NCBI GenBank assembly: GCA_038065395.1 | Contig: JBBTRB010000006.1 | Location: 19,493-83,492 of the forward strand | Direction of reading: 5' to 3' | Source: Patescibacteria group bacterium | Lineage (GTDB): Bacteria; Patescibacteriota; Minisyncoccia; Phycocordibacterales; PALSA-1337 | DNA: 64,000 bases | In this document: positions 31,543-41,096 of the stretch, in pieces | Layout of the letters: each line of letters starts with the position of its first letter | Position numbering within the stretch: position 1 is the first letter of the stretch | Made by a program: the position numbers and the translations under genes | The notes under the pieces: model-generated | What the model was told of the DNA's origin: nothing | Databases searched by the model: none | The model's input: the letters and a program-made list of their open reading frames with translations, nothing else

Positions 31543-31752
31543 ATGATTCGGCGGGGTGGTTATCTCCCGCACGAGCATTATAAAACGGGCACAAGCCCCT
31601 TCCCTTCTCCGTCACTGAGTTGACTACTCGTCAAAGGATAGGATCTAATAACTCTTGTCATTCCTGGGCTTTTGGGGACCTCAAAGTGGGATATGAAAAT
31701 AGGATATTTTTGAGCTCGAATGTCAATGTTACAGGCTTGATTTTAAAGAAAA

Positions 31753-31782
31753 TTGACATATAGGTATTATATATGATATAAT
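31753..31782 (+). promoter_or_regulatory. Near-consensus sigma70 promoter
   Basis: TTGACA, 18-nt spacer, TGnTATAAT. Confidence 0.75.
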
Positions 31783-31826
31783 AGTACCAGAAGATCGTCC
31801 TATGCACACATGGGTGCCGTGGATAT

Positions 31827-32540
31827 ATGATCATCAAAAACTACATACCAAAAGTACTTATGAAGCGTTCACGAAAAAACGTACCTGTTAACATCAGCAA
31901 GATGGCCAAAGATCTTGGCCTCAATAACACCGACATCAAGTTTGCCTTGCAAGGACCAAGACCGGATGTCGAGATGAAATCGATCCTGAAAACCGGAAAC
32001 ATTGCCCAGCTCACGAAACTGTTCAGTCAGGCAAAATCATTTGCTCGGAAAGAGGCGATCCTCTGGCACTCGCTCGACGTATGTCGCAATCTGGAAGATC
32101 TCGATCTCGTTCACGAATTTGGATCCGATATCATGCAATCTCGCTCTCTACTCCATGCGTCATGGATTGAAACTCGTCGTCATGCACTGCAAGTGAAGAT
32201 TATGACGGCCAAGACATTCGAAGAAATCCATGAGATCTGGTGCACACTTGATGATTGCTACGCCCACGAAGACAAGCTTGCATTCAAAAAGTTGCTGGAA
32301 TTAATCCCTACAACTGAACTAACTGTAGTACTTGCCCATATCGAGGGTGATGTCAGTACTGATGCATACCTGGAAACAAGCCAGCAATACCCCTTGTTGT
32401 TACGCGCCTGCGAGTATGCAAATTCGCTACAGGCGTTGAAGGCACTCAAGTGGCTACAGGAACGCCTATGGGACGGTGCGGAAGAATCCTATCCTATCCG
32501 CCTCTTGATCAAGAAAGCTGCCGGGTTCTATCAAAACTAG
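31827..32540 (+). CDS. Alpha-helical hypothetical protein (ORFan cassette)
   Basis: Intact ORF between a consensus promoter and a terminator. Confidence 0.65.
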   Translation: MIIKNYIPKVLMKRSRKNVPVNISKMAKDLGLNNTDIKFALQGPRPDVEMKSILKTGNIAQLTKLFSQAKSFARKEAILWHSLDVCRNLEDLDLVHEFGSDIMQSRSLLHASWIETRRHALQVKIMTAKTFEEIHEIWCTLDDCYAHEDKLAFKKLLELIPTTELTVVLAHIEGDVSTDAYLETSQQYPLLLRACEYANSLQALKALKWLQERLWDGAEESYPIRLLIKKAAGFYQN

Positions 32541-32555
32541 ACGAACATTCCTCAC

Positions 32556-32593
32556 TCCCCACCCTCTACACATGTAGGCGGTGGGGATTTTTT
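32556..32593 (+). terminator. Intrinsic terminator
   Basis: tccccacc...ggtgggga followed by T6. Confidence 0.75.
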
Positions 32594-32605
32594 ATGCAAA
32601 AAATC

Positions 32606-32935
32606 TTAACCTTCAATGAGCCTCTCCACTTTCATCTCCAACACCTCAAAATCTTTTTTGTCCGCCTTATTTTCTCCTATACCTTTCATATATTCCATGG
32701 CAGTGTCGAAGTAGTCACGTGACTGTTGGAGGAGAACGCCTGTATGGACGCGAAATTCTTCACGAATTGAATCAATTTTACGATCAAGATTATCAACTCT
32801 CTTATCTAGTGAATCGAGTCGACTATCGACAGAGTCAAATCTGTCAGAAACTTCTGTTCTAAATTCACTGAACTCGAACTTGGTAACATAATCTAACAAA
32901 TCGCTTTTAGTAGCTTGTGTGGTGTTTATTTTCAT
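32606..32935 (-). CDS. Small coiled-coil protein (ATKxDL-type heptad repeats)
   Basis: RFDSVDSRLDSLDKRVDNLDRKID heptads. Confidence 0.75.
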   Translation of the reverse strand: MKINTTQATKSDLLDYVTKFEFSEFRTEVSDRFDSVDSRLDSLDKRVDNLDRKIDSIREEFRVHTGVLLQQSRDYFDTAMEYMKGIGENKADKKDFEVLEMKVERLIEG

Positions 32936-33122
32936 AATGGATTGAGTTATTTTAGAAGTAATTATAATTGGCAGGTATGACTATTGTATCACGCCCAAAA
33001 ATAGTTCAATCTTTCACTCCCAAGAATTTTATTTTGTAATACATTACCCCTACTCGGTAGTCTTGACATGTATGATATACATATGTTTGTATGTGACCTG
33101 GATCAATCACAAAATATAAACT

Positions 33123-33512
33123 ATGAGTTCTATAACCGAAACGCTACGCCAAGCCTACTTGGACGAAGTTGCTGACATTCGTCGAGTCACTCATTACAAT
33201 AATCCCAAGCTAGATCTTGAGGAAATTCTCAAAAAAGACGTGAGACTTGCTTACGTCTCGAACCATTATCGAAGATTTGTCGTTGTAACGCGTCTTTTCG
33301 ATGGTGGGATGCTCGAAACAGGTGAAGAATATTTCTACGCTTCATTCATTCTGAGTCAAGAAGAAGAACTTTCCAATCAAGCACTCGGCTACATGTTGGC
33401 GCTGTCATCAAAGAGAATGGATTTTCTAGGCAACAGCGAGGTGCCTGATATGGACGAATATATCGGAAAGTTGGGAAACTCATTCCACACTCGAATGACT
33501 GGTCTGGAATGA
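33123..33512 (+). CDS. Hypothetical protein (ORFan cassette)
   Basis: TTGACA at 33063; hairpin plus T tract at 33531-33562. Confidence 0.6.
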   Translation: MSSITETLRQAYLDEVADIRRVTHYNNPKLDLEEILKKDVRLAYVSNHYRRFVVVTRLFDGGMLETGEEYFYASFILSQEEELSNQALGYMLALSSKRMDFLGNSEVPDMDEYIGKLGNSFHTRMTGLE

Positions 33513-33595
33513 CCCAGTGAACGTCCGATTCAAACGCACGACCTGTAGGTACGGCGTTTTTTATTTGGATTATTTTTCATGCTACAATCCTCCTT

Positions 33596-35113
33596 ATGAA
33601 AACGCCCAAAAAGCCTGTGATGCTGATCGTGCTCGATGGCTGGGGGTATCGCGAAGATCCGACCCACAATGCGATCGCAGTCGCACGGACACCTTTCTTC
33701 AGCGGCCTCTGGCAGAATAGCGCTCATTCCCTGCTCAAAGCCTCAGGGGACGCCGTAGGCCTCCCTGAAGGTCAGATGGGCAATAGCGAAGTAGGTCACA
33801 CTACGATCGGTGCTGGCAAGCCTGCAGACACAGAGCTCGTCCGTATCGACAAGGCCATTGCATCTGGCGAGTTCGATGCCAACCCTGCTCTCCTGTCACT
33901 GTTCGACCATGTCAAAAAACACGACTCCGTCCTCCATGTCCAAGGGCTCGTCAGTGACGGAGGCGTGCACAGTCATCAGAAACATCTCTTCGCATTCCTT
34001 CGTCTAGCCAAGAAACAAGGAGTCAAAAAAGTTGCGCTCCATGTCTTCACTGATGGACGTGACACTGCGCCTCAGAGCGCGTCTTCGTACCTCGTCGAGC
34101 TCGAGAAAGTACTCGAGGAACTCGGATCAGGATTTTTCATCGCTACTATATCTGGACGTTACTATGCCATGGACCGTGATAACAACTGGGATCGTCTCGC
34201 TCGCGTAGAGCAAGCCATGTTCGAATGTAAGGGCAATGTTTGTGAGATCAAACCTTCTGCATACCTGCAGACACAGTACGATACTGGCAAAAACGACGAA
34301 CTCCTCGAGCCTACCGTATGCACTACACTCGAAGGTACTGGTTGCGCGATCAAAGAGCATGATGCGGTATTTTTCTTCAACTTCCGCGCAGACCGTGCAC
34401 GCATGTTGTCAGAGAAAATGCTCGAACGTCAGAAGATCAACGATATTCTTTTTGTTACGTTGACCGAATACTGTGTCGACTTTACCTGTGCGATCGCCTT
34501 CCCTCCTGCCAAGATCGAAACGACTCTGGGACAAGAGATCTCCAAAGCAGGCCTCACCCAGGCTCGCATCGCCGAGACAGAGAAGTTCGCTCATGCAACG
34601 TATTTCCTCAATGGTGGTAGAGAGAAACCATATGAAGGTGAGAAAGACATACTTCTGCCGTCTCGCAAAGATGTGAAGACTCATGACGAAGCTCCTGAGA
34701 TGCGCGCCGAAGCCATCGCCGACAAAGCTATCGAGGAGATCATTACCGGAACCAACTTTATTTTCATCAACTTCGCCAACCCAGACATGGTCGGTCATAC
34801 TGCCAATGTCCCCGCCATCATCAAGGCTATCGAGACAGTAGATACTCAACTCCGACGTGTGATCGAAACTCTCGAGGCTCGCGGTGGCGCGGCAGTCATC
34901 ATCGCTGACCACGGTAACGCTGAGGTCAACATCGACCCTGTCACTGGCACCAAACACACTGCCCATACCACCAACCTAGTACCATGTATCCTTGTCGGAC
35001 AGGACTTGAAACTCCGTGACGGTGGACTCTCTGACGTAGCGCCGACCGTACTCAGTCTTCTCGATATTCCTGTGCCAGAGGCGATGGTGGGTAAGAGTTT
35101 GGTCAGATATTAA
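33596..35113 (+). CDS. gpmI: 2,3-bisphosphoglycerate-independent phosphoglycerate mutase
   Basis: LDGWG, GQMGNSEVGH, DGRD, GRYYAMDRD, NPDMVGHT, ADHGNAE. Confidence 0.98.
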   Translation: MKTPKKPVMLIVLDGWGYREDPTHNAIAVARTPFFSGLWQNSAHSLLKASGDAVGLPEGQMGNSEVGHTTIGAGKPADTELVRIDKAIASGEFDANPALLSLFDHVKKHDSVLHVQGLVSDGGVHSHQKHLFAFLRLAKKQGVKKVALHVFTDGRDTAPQSASSYLVELEKVLEELGSGFFIATISGRYYAMDRDNNWDRLARVEQAMFECKGNVCEIKPSAYLQTQYDTGKNDELLEPTVCTTLEGTGCAIKEHDAVFFFNFRADRARMLSEKMLERQKINDILFVTLTEYCVDFTCAIAFPPAKIETTLGQEISKAGLTQARIAETEKFAHATYFLNGGREKPYEGEKDILLPSRKDVKTHDEAPEMRAEAIADKAIEEIITGTNFIFINFANPDMVGHTANVPAIIKAIETVDTQLRRVIETLEARGGAAVIIADHGNAEVNIDPVTGTKHTAHTTNLVPCILVGQDLKLRDGGLSDVAPTVLSLLDIPVPEAMVGKSLVRY

Positions 35114-35159
35114 AAAGCCCGTACTACTGTGTACGAGCTTGAGAGTGAAAATGGAGATG

Positions 35160-35906
35160 TCAGTACCGTGCAGTTAGACGCTTCCAATTCTCCATTCCGT
35201 CTGGGGATATAGCCTCTGACCCCTTTACACAGAGCTCACACTTGCTGGGCAACCAGCGGGTATCATGAGAATCCATCAATCTGATAACGTGTCTCCCTTC
35301 GAATTGATGAGTCTCTCCGGCACCAGAACCGATTCGATTGACCAACACCATAACGACGGGTAGCACTGTGCAGTTTGCGTCAACCAGAGCAGTGGCCGTA
35401 CGTTTCAGGCTACCACCAGTTGTGAATACGTCATCTGCCAAAATGACGACGGAATTGACTGGCAGGTGACTCTTCCAAAAAACCATCGTTCCTTTTTCTT
35501 GCCGAACATATCCCGAGAAGCATGGTGCTCCACGATACCGACCTAGAGCATCGGCGATGCCATGCGCGATCAAGACACCTCCCATGGCTGGTCCGACGAT
35601 GTAACTCGCCGTATACATATAATCAAACTTAGGCTCCCCATGTGTATACTCACTCAAGAGCGTCACCATGTCAGTGCACGCCTCAGCAAGCAAAGACGGA
35701 TCTTGCGTCAGGAGCTCAGCATTGAAGAAGCTGCTGGAATGTGCCCCTGAGGAGAGAACAACATGGGGACGTTTGATATTCCCGTCATGTGCCCATAATA
35801 TTCTCAACTCTTTGAATTTGCTGATCCATTTTGTACTGATAGATAGTGGTTCAGATGCAGATTGTGGCATGTGATCTATGTGGTTGTGATGTTCATACGA
35901 GCACAC
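35160..35906 (-). CDS. Divergent orotate phosphoribosyltransferase-like PRTase
   Basis: HVVLSSGAHS, VGPAMGG, ADDVFTTGGS PRPP-binding motif, C-terminal CELC; real start may be ~35870. Confidence 0.75.
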   Translation of the reverse strand: MCSYEHHNHIDHMPQSASEPLSISTKWISKFKELRILWAHDGNIKRPHVVLSSGAHSSSFFNAELLTQDPSLLAEACTDMVTLLSEYTHGEPKFDYMYTASYIVGPAMGGVLIAHGIADALGRYRGAPCFSGYVRQEKGTMVFWKSHLPVNSVVILADDVFTTGGSLKRTATALVDANCTVLPVVMVLVNRIGSGAGETHQFEGRHVIRLMDSHDTRWLPSKCELCVKGSEAISPDGMENWKRLTARY

Positions 35907-36000
35907 TCAGTGGTGCTTTTGACTGTGTCGAATATCGACTCTGTCCCAACATTACAGGGATACTAATGCAAAATCAATGCTTTACGTTAGATGCCTGACC

Positions 36001-36537
36001 TTACTTCACCCTCCTCCCCACCCACACCGAAACCACTACCGCTACTATCCCTATCACCCACCCCACCACCACGTCACTAGCCCAATGAACACTCAGAACC
36101 AGGCGACTCATCCCAATGATAAAAATGAGAGAGACTGCCAGAACAGTCAGAAGGATGCGAGATATTCTACTCTGCATTTTCGGTAGAAGGATCGCCAAGA
36201 GAGCTCCAAAAAATGCTGCCGACATGCCCGCATGACCTGAAGGGAAACTTGGGTCGCCGATGATGATCTCGAGGGCGTTGAATGGACGTGTACGAGCGAC
36301 CAGTTCTTTCAGGGAGAAAATAACCACTGCAGAAGAAATGATAGAAAGCGCCATGATAGTCGCATCACGACGTTGTCTGCGCCAGATAAAATACCCGACC
36401 AATACTACACCCAAAACGATCAGAACCTCGGCATCGGCGATCGTACTTATCCAATGAGCACATGAGGCGAATACTGCGGTCACGTACTCCGATATGGAGA
36501 CATTGACAGCAGTATCTATGGAGAAGATCATATCCAT
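36001..36537 (-). CDS. PAP2-family phosphatase (undecaprenyl-PP phosphatase-like)
   Basis: K...R.RP, SFPSGH, SRLVLSVHWASDV. Confidence 0.92.
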   Translation of the reverse strand: MDMIFSIDTAVNVSISEYVTAVFASCAHWISTIADAEVLIVLGVVLVGYFIWRRQRRDATIMALSIISSAVVIFSLKELVARTRPFNALEIIIGDPSFPSGHAGMSAAFFGALLAILLPKMQSRISRILLTVLAVSLIFIIGMSRLVLSVHWASDVVVGWVIGIVAVVVSVWVGRRVK

Positions 36538-36740
36538 GCGTAGTATTGTATCACGTTACAAAAAGTACTCGAGAATACCGATCTTTTGGAAAAACTGGAT
36601 AATAGCCCATTCGATAACCAAAAACGGGATGAGATATATCAATATTTTGAGAAAGATTTCTTTGGCGATATCCATATTTAAAACGCACTATGGTATACTA
36701 CTTTCACCATTAATAGACATTATACGTATAATTTACACCC

Positions 36741-36977
36741 ATGAATACTGTCACTATATATTCAACTCCGACCTGCACATACTGTAATATGGCCAAGACC
36801 TTCTTCAAGGCTAACAATATCGCTTACACCGAACACAACGTCGCTGCTGACCTCGCCAAACGCAAAGAGATGGTAGAGAAGACCAGTCAGATGGGTGTGC
36901 CTGTGATCGAGATCAACAACGAGACCGTCATCGGTTTTGACGAAGCTCGTGTGCGTGAGTTATTGAAAATCGCGTAG
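36741..36977 (+). CDS. Glutaredoxin / NrdH-like redoxin
   Basis: YSTPTCTYC, GVPVI, IGFD. Confidence 0.93.
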   Translation: MNTVTIYSTPTCTYCNMAKTFFKANNIAYTEHNVAADLAKRKEMVEKTSQMGVPVIEINNETVIGFDEARVRELLKIA

Positions 36978-36980
36978 GAA

Positions 36981-37370
36981 CTACTCCCCTATTCCAAAGA
37001 GTTTTTTGAACCAGCCCCGTGAAGGGGTTGTCGTTGCATGTACCGCAGCAGATGTCTGGTCTTTGGGATCGACGATCACGGCTACGAATTCACCTTCTTT
37101 GACGGCGCGATATTTGGTGCGCATCTCGACCTCGACACCTTCTTCGGTCGAGAAGATGTCGACCTTTTTGGTAAGGGCTTGCTGACGATCCTCGAGCTTG
37201 GCCAGTTCGGTATGAGCCTGTTCGAGACGGATACGCGTCTGCTGTGCCTTGGCTTGGATGTTCCAGGCAGCTTTGGCAGATACGAAACATACGAGCACCA
37301 GAACAGCTAGAGTGACTGGTGAATGTGCCCATTTTCGTATTCGCAGAGCATGACGGTTGCCGTATTTCAT
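36981..37370 (-). CDS. Septum formation initiator (FtsB/DivIC-like)
   Basis: TM helix, coiled coil, VE.EMR.KY..VKEGE. Confidence 0.75.
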   Translation of the reverse strand: MKYGNRHALRIRKWAHSPVTLAVLVLVCFVSAKAAWNIQAKAQQTRIRLEQAHTELAKLEDRQQALTKKVDIFSTEEGVEVEMRTKYRAVKEGEFVAVIVDPKDQTSAAVHATTTPSRGWFKKLFGIGE

Positions 37371-37394
37371 CTATCCAAGTATACTAGGTTTATT

Positions 37395-37502
37395 ATGTTA
37401 TTTCATCAAAAATCCCAAAAATTCCTGCGTGTCGCATCGATCATTATCAGTGTCTTGATTATCATTAGTATGATACTTCTCTACTTCCCGGTATTAGGAT
37501 AA
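37395..37502 (+). CDS. 35-aa single-TM small protein MLFHQKSQKFLRVASIIISVLIIISMILLYFPVLG
   Basis: Fills the ftsB-lepA gap; basic N-terminus followed by one TM helix. Confidence 0.6.
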   Translation: MLFHQKSQKFLRVASIIISVLIIISMILLYFPVLG

Positions 37503-37509
37503 AAAGTTT

Positions 37510-39318
37510 CTATTCTCCTCCCCTCATCATTCGCACAAAGACTTCCTGAGGAATAGTCACGGTACCATGTTCTTTGAGACGCTTGCGACCTTCTTTTTGC
37601 TTTTCGCGAAGCTTCATCTTGCGTGTGATATCTCCACCGGACAATGTACCGGCGGCGTCTTTTTTGACTCCTGAGAGGGTTCGAGAAGAGATGATACGTC
37701 CGTGAGCTTTGGCCTGGATCTTGTAGGTGAAAAGTTCACGCGGCAAAAGTTTGTGGAGTTTCTCGACGGCTTGTTCGGCATCAAGCTCGACTCGGCGACG
37801 AGAGACAACGCGGGTAAAAGCCGCCACCGGTTCGTCGGCGATGAGAACATCCATACGTACTACGTCTGCTGTACGTTCGCTGGTGATGTCATATGATATC
37901 GAGGCATACCCGGACGAGACACTTTTGATCTCGTCGAAGAAGTTGCGCATCAGCTCTCGGAGCGGCATCTCCATAGTCAGCATCGAACGATTGTCACCAA
38001 AGTTGTCGACTGAAGTCACGGTGCCTTCGTGGTCGAAGATAGACTTCATCAATGCGCCCATATATGACGGTGGACTGATGATCTTCATGGTTACGATCGG
38101 TTCGAAGACTTCGGAGATCTCATTGTCATCCGGGAAAAGTGCCGGTGAATACACGCGAACTTCTTTGCCATTCTTGAGTCTGACCATATAGGTGATGGTC
38201 GGCATGGTCACCACGAGCTCGAGGTTGAACTCACGTCGGAGACGTTCGGTAATGATCTCAAGGTGCAACATTCCCAGGAATCCGCATCGATATCCACGAC
38301 CGAGCGTGCCTGAGGACTCTTCTTCATAGGTGAATGAAGAGTCCGACAGACGCAGTCTACTGAGTGCTTGGCGGAGCAATGCCAGATCATCCTGGCTCTC
38401 TGGATACACCGATGCCCAGACGACTGGTCGAGGGGTCTGATAGCCTTCCAGAGCCGGAGTGGTGTCTTTGGTCGAGGCGACAGTGTCTCCCACCGATGCA
38501 ATACCTGGCTCTTTGACGCCCGTGACGATATAGCCGATCTCACCGACGGACAGTGACTCTGCCGGGGTTTCTTCGGGGGTGAATATTCCTACATCGATCG
38601 ATTCGAATTCTCTGCCAGCGACTTTGAAAATAAGTTTGTCGTGACGACGTACACTGCCGGCCATGACACGGATATAAACGATCACGCCAGTATGGTTGGA
38701 ATATTGAAAGTCGAACACCAGTGAGTTGAATGCTGAGGTCGGCGAAGCGGTAGTAGGCGTGACGGTCGGTGGTGGCACTCTGCGGATGAGTTCGTTGACT
38801 AGATGTTCGACCCCCTCACCTGTCTTGCCAGAGACTTTGAGCACGTCTCCTTCTGCACACCCCAGGAGCTGACTGACCTCATGGATGACCTCGTCGGTAC
38901 GCGCTAGAGGCGAGTCGATCTTACTGACCACTGGGATGATCACCAGGCCGGTATCGCGCGCCATGTTGAGTGTGGTGAGCGTCTGAGCCTGTACACCTTG
39001 GGTTGCGTCTACAAGGAGAATAGAACCTTCTACGGCCTTGAGTGCTCGAGATACTTCATATGAAAAGTCGATATGCCCTGGCGTGTCGATCATGTTGAGC
39101 ACATAGTCCTGACTTCCTTGATGCCATTTCATGCGCACGGGTTGCATCTTGATCGTGATGCCACGTTCGCGTTCGAGCTCCATACTGTCGAGCACCTGGG
39201 CCTGCATCTTGCGTTTCTCGATCGTACCAGTGATCTCGAGGAGTCGGTCGGCCAGTGTCGACTTGCCATGGTCGATATGGGCAATGATAGAAAAGTTGCG
39301 TATATGGGACGGATTCAT
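37510..39318 (-). CDS. lepA: Elongation factor 4
   Basis: IRNFSIIAHIDHGKSTLADR, GFLGMLH, GGDITRKMKL. Confidence 0.97.
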   Translation of the reverse strand: MNPSHIRNFSIIAHIDHGKSTLADRLLEITGTIEKRKMQAQVLDSMELERERGITIKMQPVRMKWHQGSQDYVLNMIDTPGHIDFSYEVSRALKAVEGSILLVDATQGVQAQTLTTLNMARDTGLVIIPVVSKIDSPLARTDEVIHEVSQLLGCAEGDVLKVSGKTGEGVEHLVNELIRRVPPPTVTPTTASPTSAFNSLVFDFQYSNHTGVIVYIRVMAGSVRRHDKLIFKVAGREFESIDVGIFTPEETPAESLSVGEIGYIVTGVKEPGIASVGDTVASTKDTTPALEGYQTPRPVVWASVYPESQDDLALLRQALSRLRLSDSSFTYEEESSGTLGRGYRCGFLGMLHLEIITERLRREFNLELVVTMPTITYMVRLKNGKEVRVYSPALFPDDNEISEVFEPIVTMKIISPPSYMGALMKSIFDHEGTVTSVDNFGDNRSMLTMEMPLRELMRNFFDEIKSVSSGYASISYDITSERTADVVRMDVLIADEPVAAFTRVVSRRRVELDAEQAVEKLHKLLPRELFTYKIQAKAHGRIISSRTLSGVKKDAAGTLSGGDITRKMKLREKQKEGRKRLKEHGTVTIPQEVFVRMMRGGE

Positions 39319-39366
39319 GACAGGCACTATAGCAGAAATGCCCTGTTTTACCAAAAGCAAACCCAT

Positions 39367-39398
39367 TAACGAAGCAGATGGAGATTGTGGACTAGCTC
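39367..39398. repeat. Half copy of dispersed palindromic element
   Basis: 32 bp identical to 62693-62724. Confidence 0.85.
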
Positions 39399-41078
39399 CT
39401 ACATATGCTCGACTTCAGCTGGAGGAACAGGGGCCTTCCAGATCTTTTTGTGAAGAGTCGTCCAGACTTCAGCAAGCTCTTTATTGCGCAGAACGATGAG
39501 AACCAAAACCCCGACGATCATACCGACGATACCTGCACAGAAACCCTGCATGAATATGCCCCAGACTTTTTGTAGAGGAAAGATCTCGGCGAAGATACGC
39601 AGGCTCAGATACGTCGCATATCCCATGATGACCGATGCCGAGAAACTATGGAACAGTGTTTCGAAGACTGGCTTGGTAAACCCAGGATGATCCTTTTCGA
39701 ACATCCACCAATGGAGGATAGTATTGAGAAGTATGCCGAGAGAGTATGCCACTCCGAGCATCAGAACTCCCGTGCCTGGCTGACCAGCGACCTTGAGCAG
39801 ATCTTCGAAGAAATAGGCAAAGACCGGCATGACCGAGAACATCCATGTCAGCACATACCCGAGGACGACGATCGTGACCGCAGAGATGATGTTGATCCAC
39901 AGAGGTCGGTTGGTCTTGCCTTCAGCATAGAATGCACGCACAAACAGGATGATCAGGCTCTGCCCGATCGTTGAGACTACGAAGATCGCCAGGAGTGCGG
40001 CAGTCAGTCGTGTGTCTGACCAGTCGAACTGTCCAGCACCGAGAACCGTACGGACGATCTGTGCACGCAAGACAATGAACAAAACTAGGATCGGCATAGA
40101 CCAAAAGATGATATGCCGCGCCGAGACCACCATCTTGTCGACGAACTCGCGAATATTGTTCTCAACATAGAGACGTGACAGTGTCGGGAAAACCGCAGAA
40201 GAATAACTCGCCCCAATGATCGTCAGAGGTACCGACTGGAGGTTGAACCCGAAGGTGAAGATCGAGATCGATCCAGGGACCATGAGCGACGCGATCGAGA
40301 CCAGTGAGAATGATGCCAGCTGGTTGGCAGACAAGGTGATCGTCCGAGGTAAGGATACGAACAAGACACTTCTGACTTTGCTCCATTCTATACGGAGAGA
40401 TAGACGTGGCATCAACCCTTCGAATGTCATGAACGGTATCTGGATCGCCATATGGAGGAAGGCACCGATCGCAACACCGATCGCAAGACCAGAGATCCCG
40501 AATATCGGATACAATGCGATCACTCCGATGATGATGCCGAGGTTATAGAGTACTGGTGAGGCCGCATAGACCAAGAATCGATGCTTCATCTGAGTTAGAC
40601 TCGAGAACAGATTCGAAAGTCCCAAGAATATCGGAGAACAAAGCATGATGCGCATCGACAGGATAAGTTCTGGCAAGAGAGGATCATTGGCGAAGCCGGG
40701 GATGACTTTGGGGATGAGCCACGGAGCAATAAGGGCTACAATGACGCTGACTACGATGATGATCACGGAGAATACCGTGAACATCGCATCAGAGAATGAT
40801 CTCCCCTCATGTTCACCCTTGTTGAACCGTTCCATGAAGAACGGAAGGAGTATCGAGGCTGAGACGAGCGACCCTACTGCCGCAAAGATAAAATCCGGAA
40901 TACGAAATGCGGCATAGTATACATCCAATAGATGACTGGCACCAAAAATATATGCGAGGAGCTTGTCACGTACAAGTCCCAATATCTGAGAGAACAGGGC
41001 GAACAATGCCAAAAGATACGCGGCTTCGTGGAGGCCACGTATCTCTCTCCCGATAACTGAAAACCATTTTTTGACCAT
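39399..41078 (-). CDS. murJ: Lipid II flippase MurJ (MviN)
   Basis: SQILGLVRD, YYAAFRIPD, RAFYA...T..P. Confidence 0.93.
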   Translation of the reverse strand: MVKKWFSVIGREIRGLHEAAYLLALFALFSQILGLVRDKLLAYIFGASHLLDVYYAAFRIPDFIFAAVGSLVSASILLPFFMERFNKGEHEGRSFSDAMFTVFSVIIIVVSVIVALIAPWLIPKVIPGFANDPLLPELILSMRIMLCSPIFLGLSNLFSSLTQMKHRFLVYAASPVLYNLGIIIGVIALYPIFGISGLAIGVAIGAFLHMAIQIPFMTFEGLMPRLSLRIEWSKVRSVLFVSLPRTITLSANQLASFSLVSIASLMVPGSISIFTFGFNLQSVPLTIIGASYSSAVFPTLSRLYVENNIREFVDKMVVSARHIIFWSMPILVLFIVLRAQIVRTVLGAGQFDWSDTRLTAALLAIFVVSTIGQSLIILFVRAFYAEGKTNRPLWINIISAVTIVVLGYVLTWMFSVMPVFAYFFEDLLKVAGQPGTGVLMLGVAYSLGILLNTILHWWMFEKDHPGFTKPVFETLFHSFSASVIMGYATYLSLRIFAEIFPLQKVWGIFMQGFCAGIVGMIVGVLVLIVLRNKELAEVWTTLHKKIWKAPVPPAEVEHM

Positions 41079-41096
41079 TATCGTATCGAGATGATG

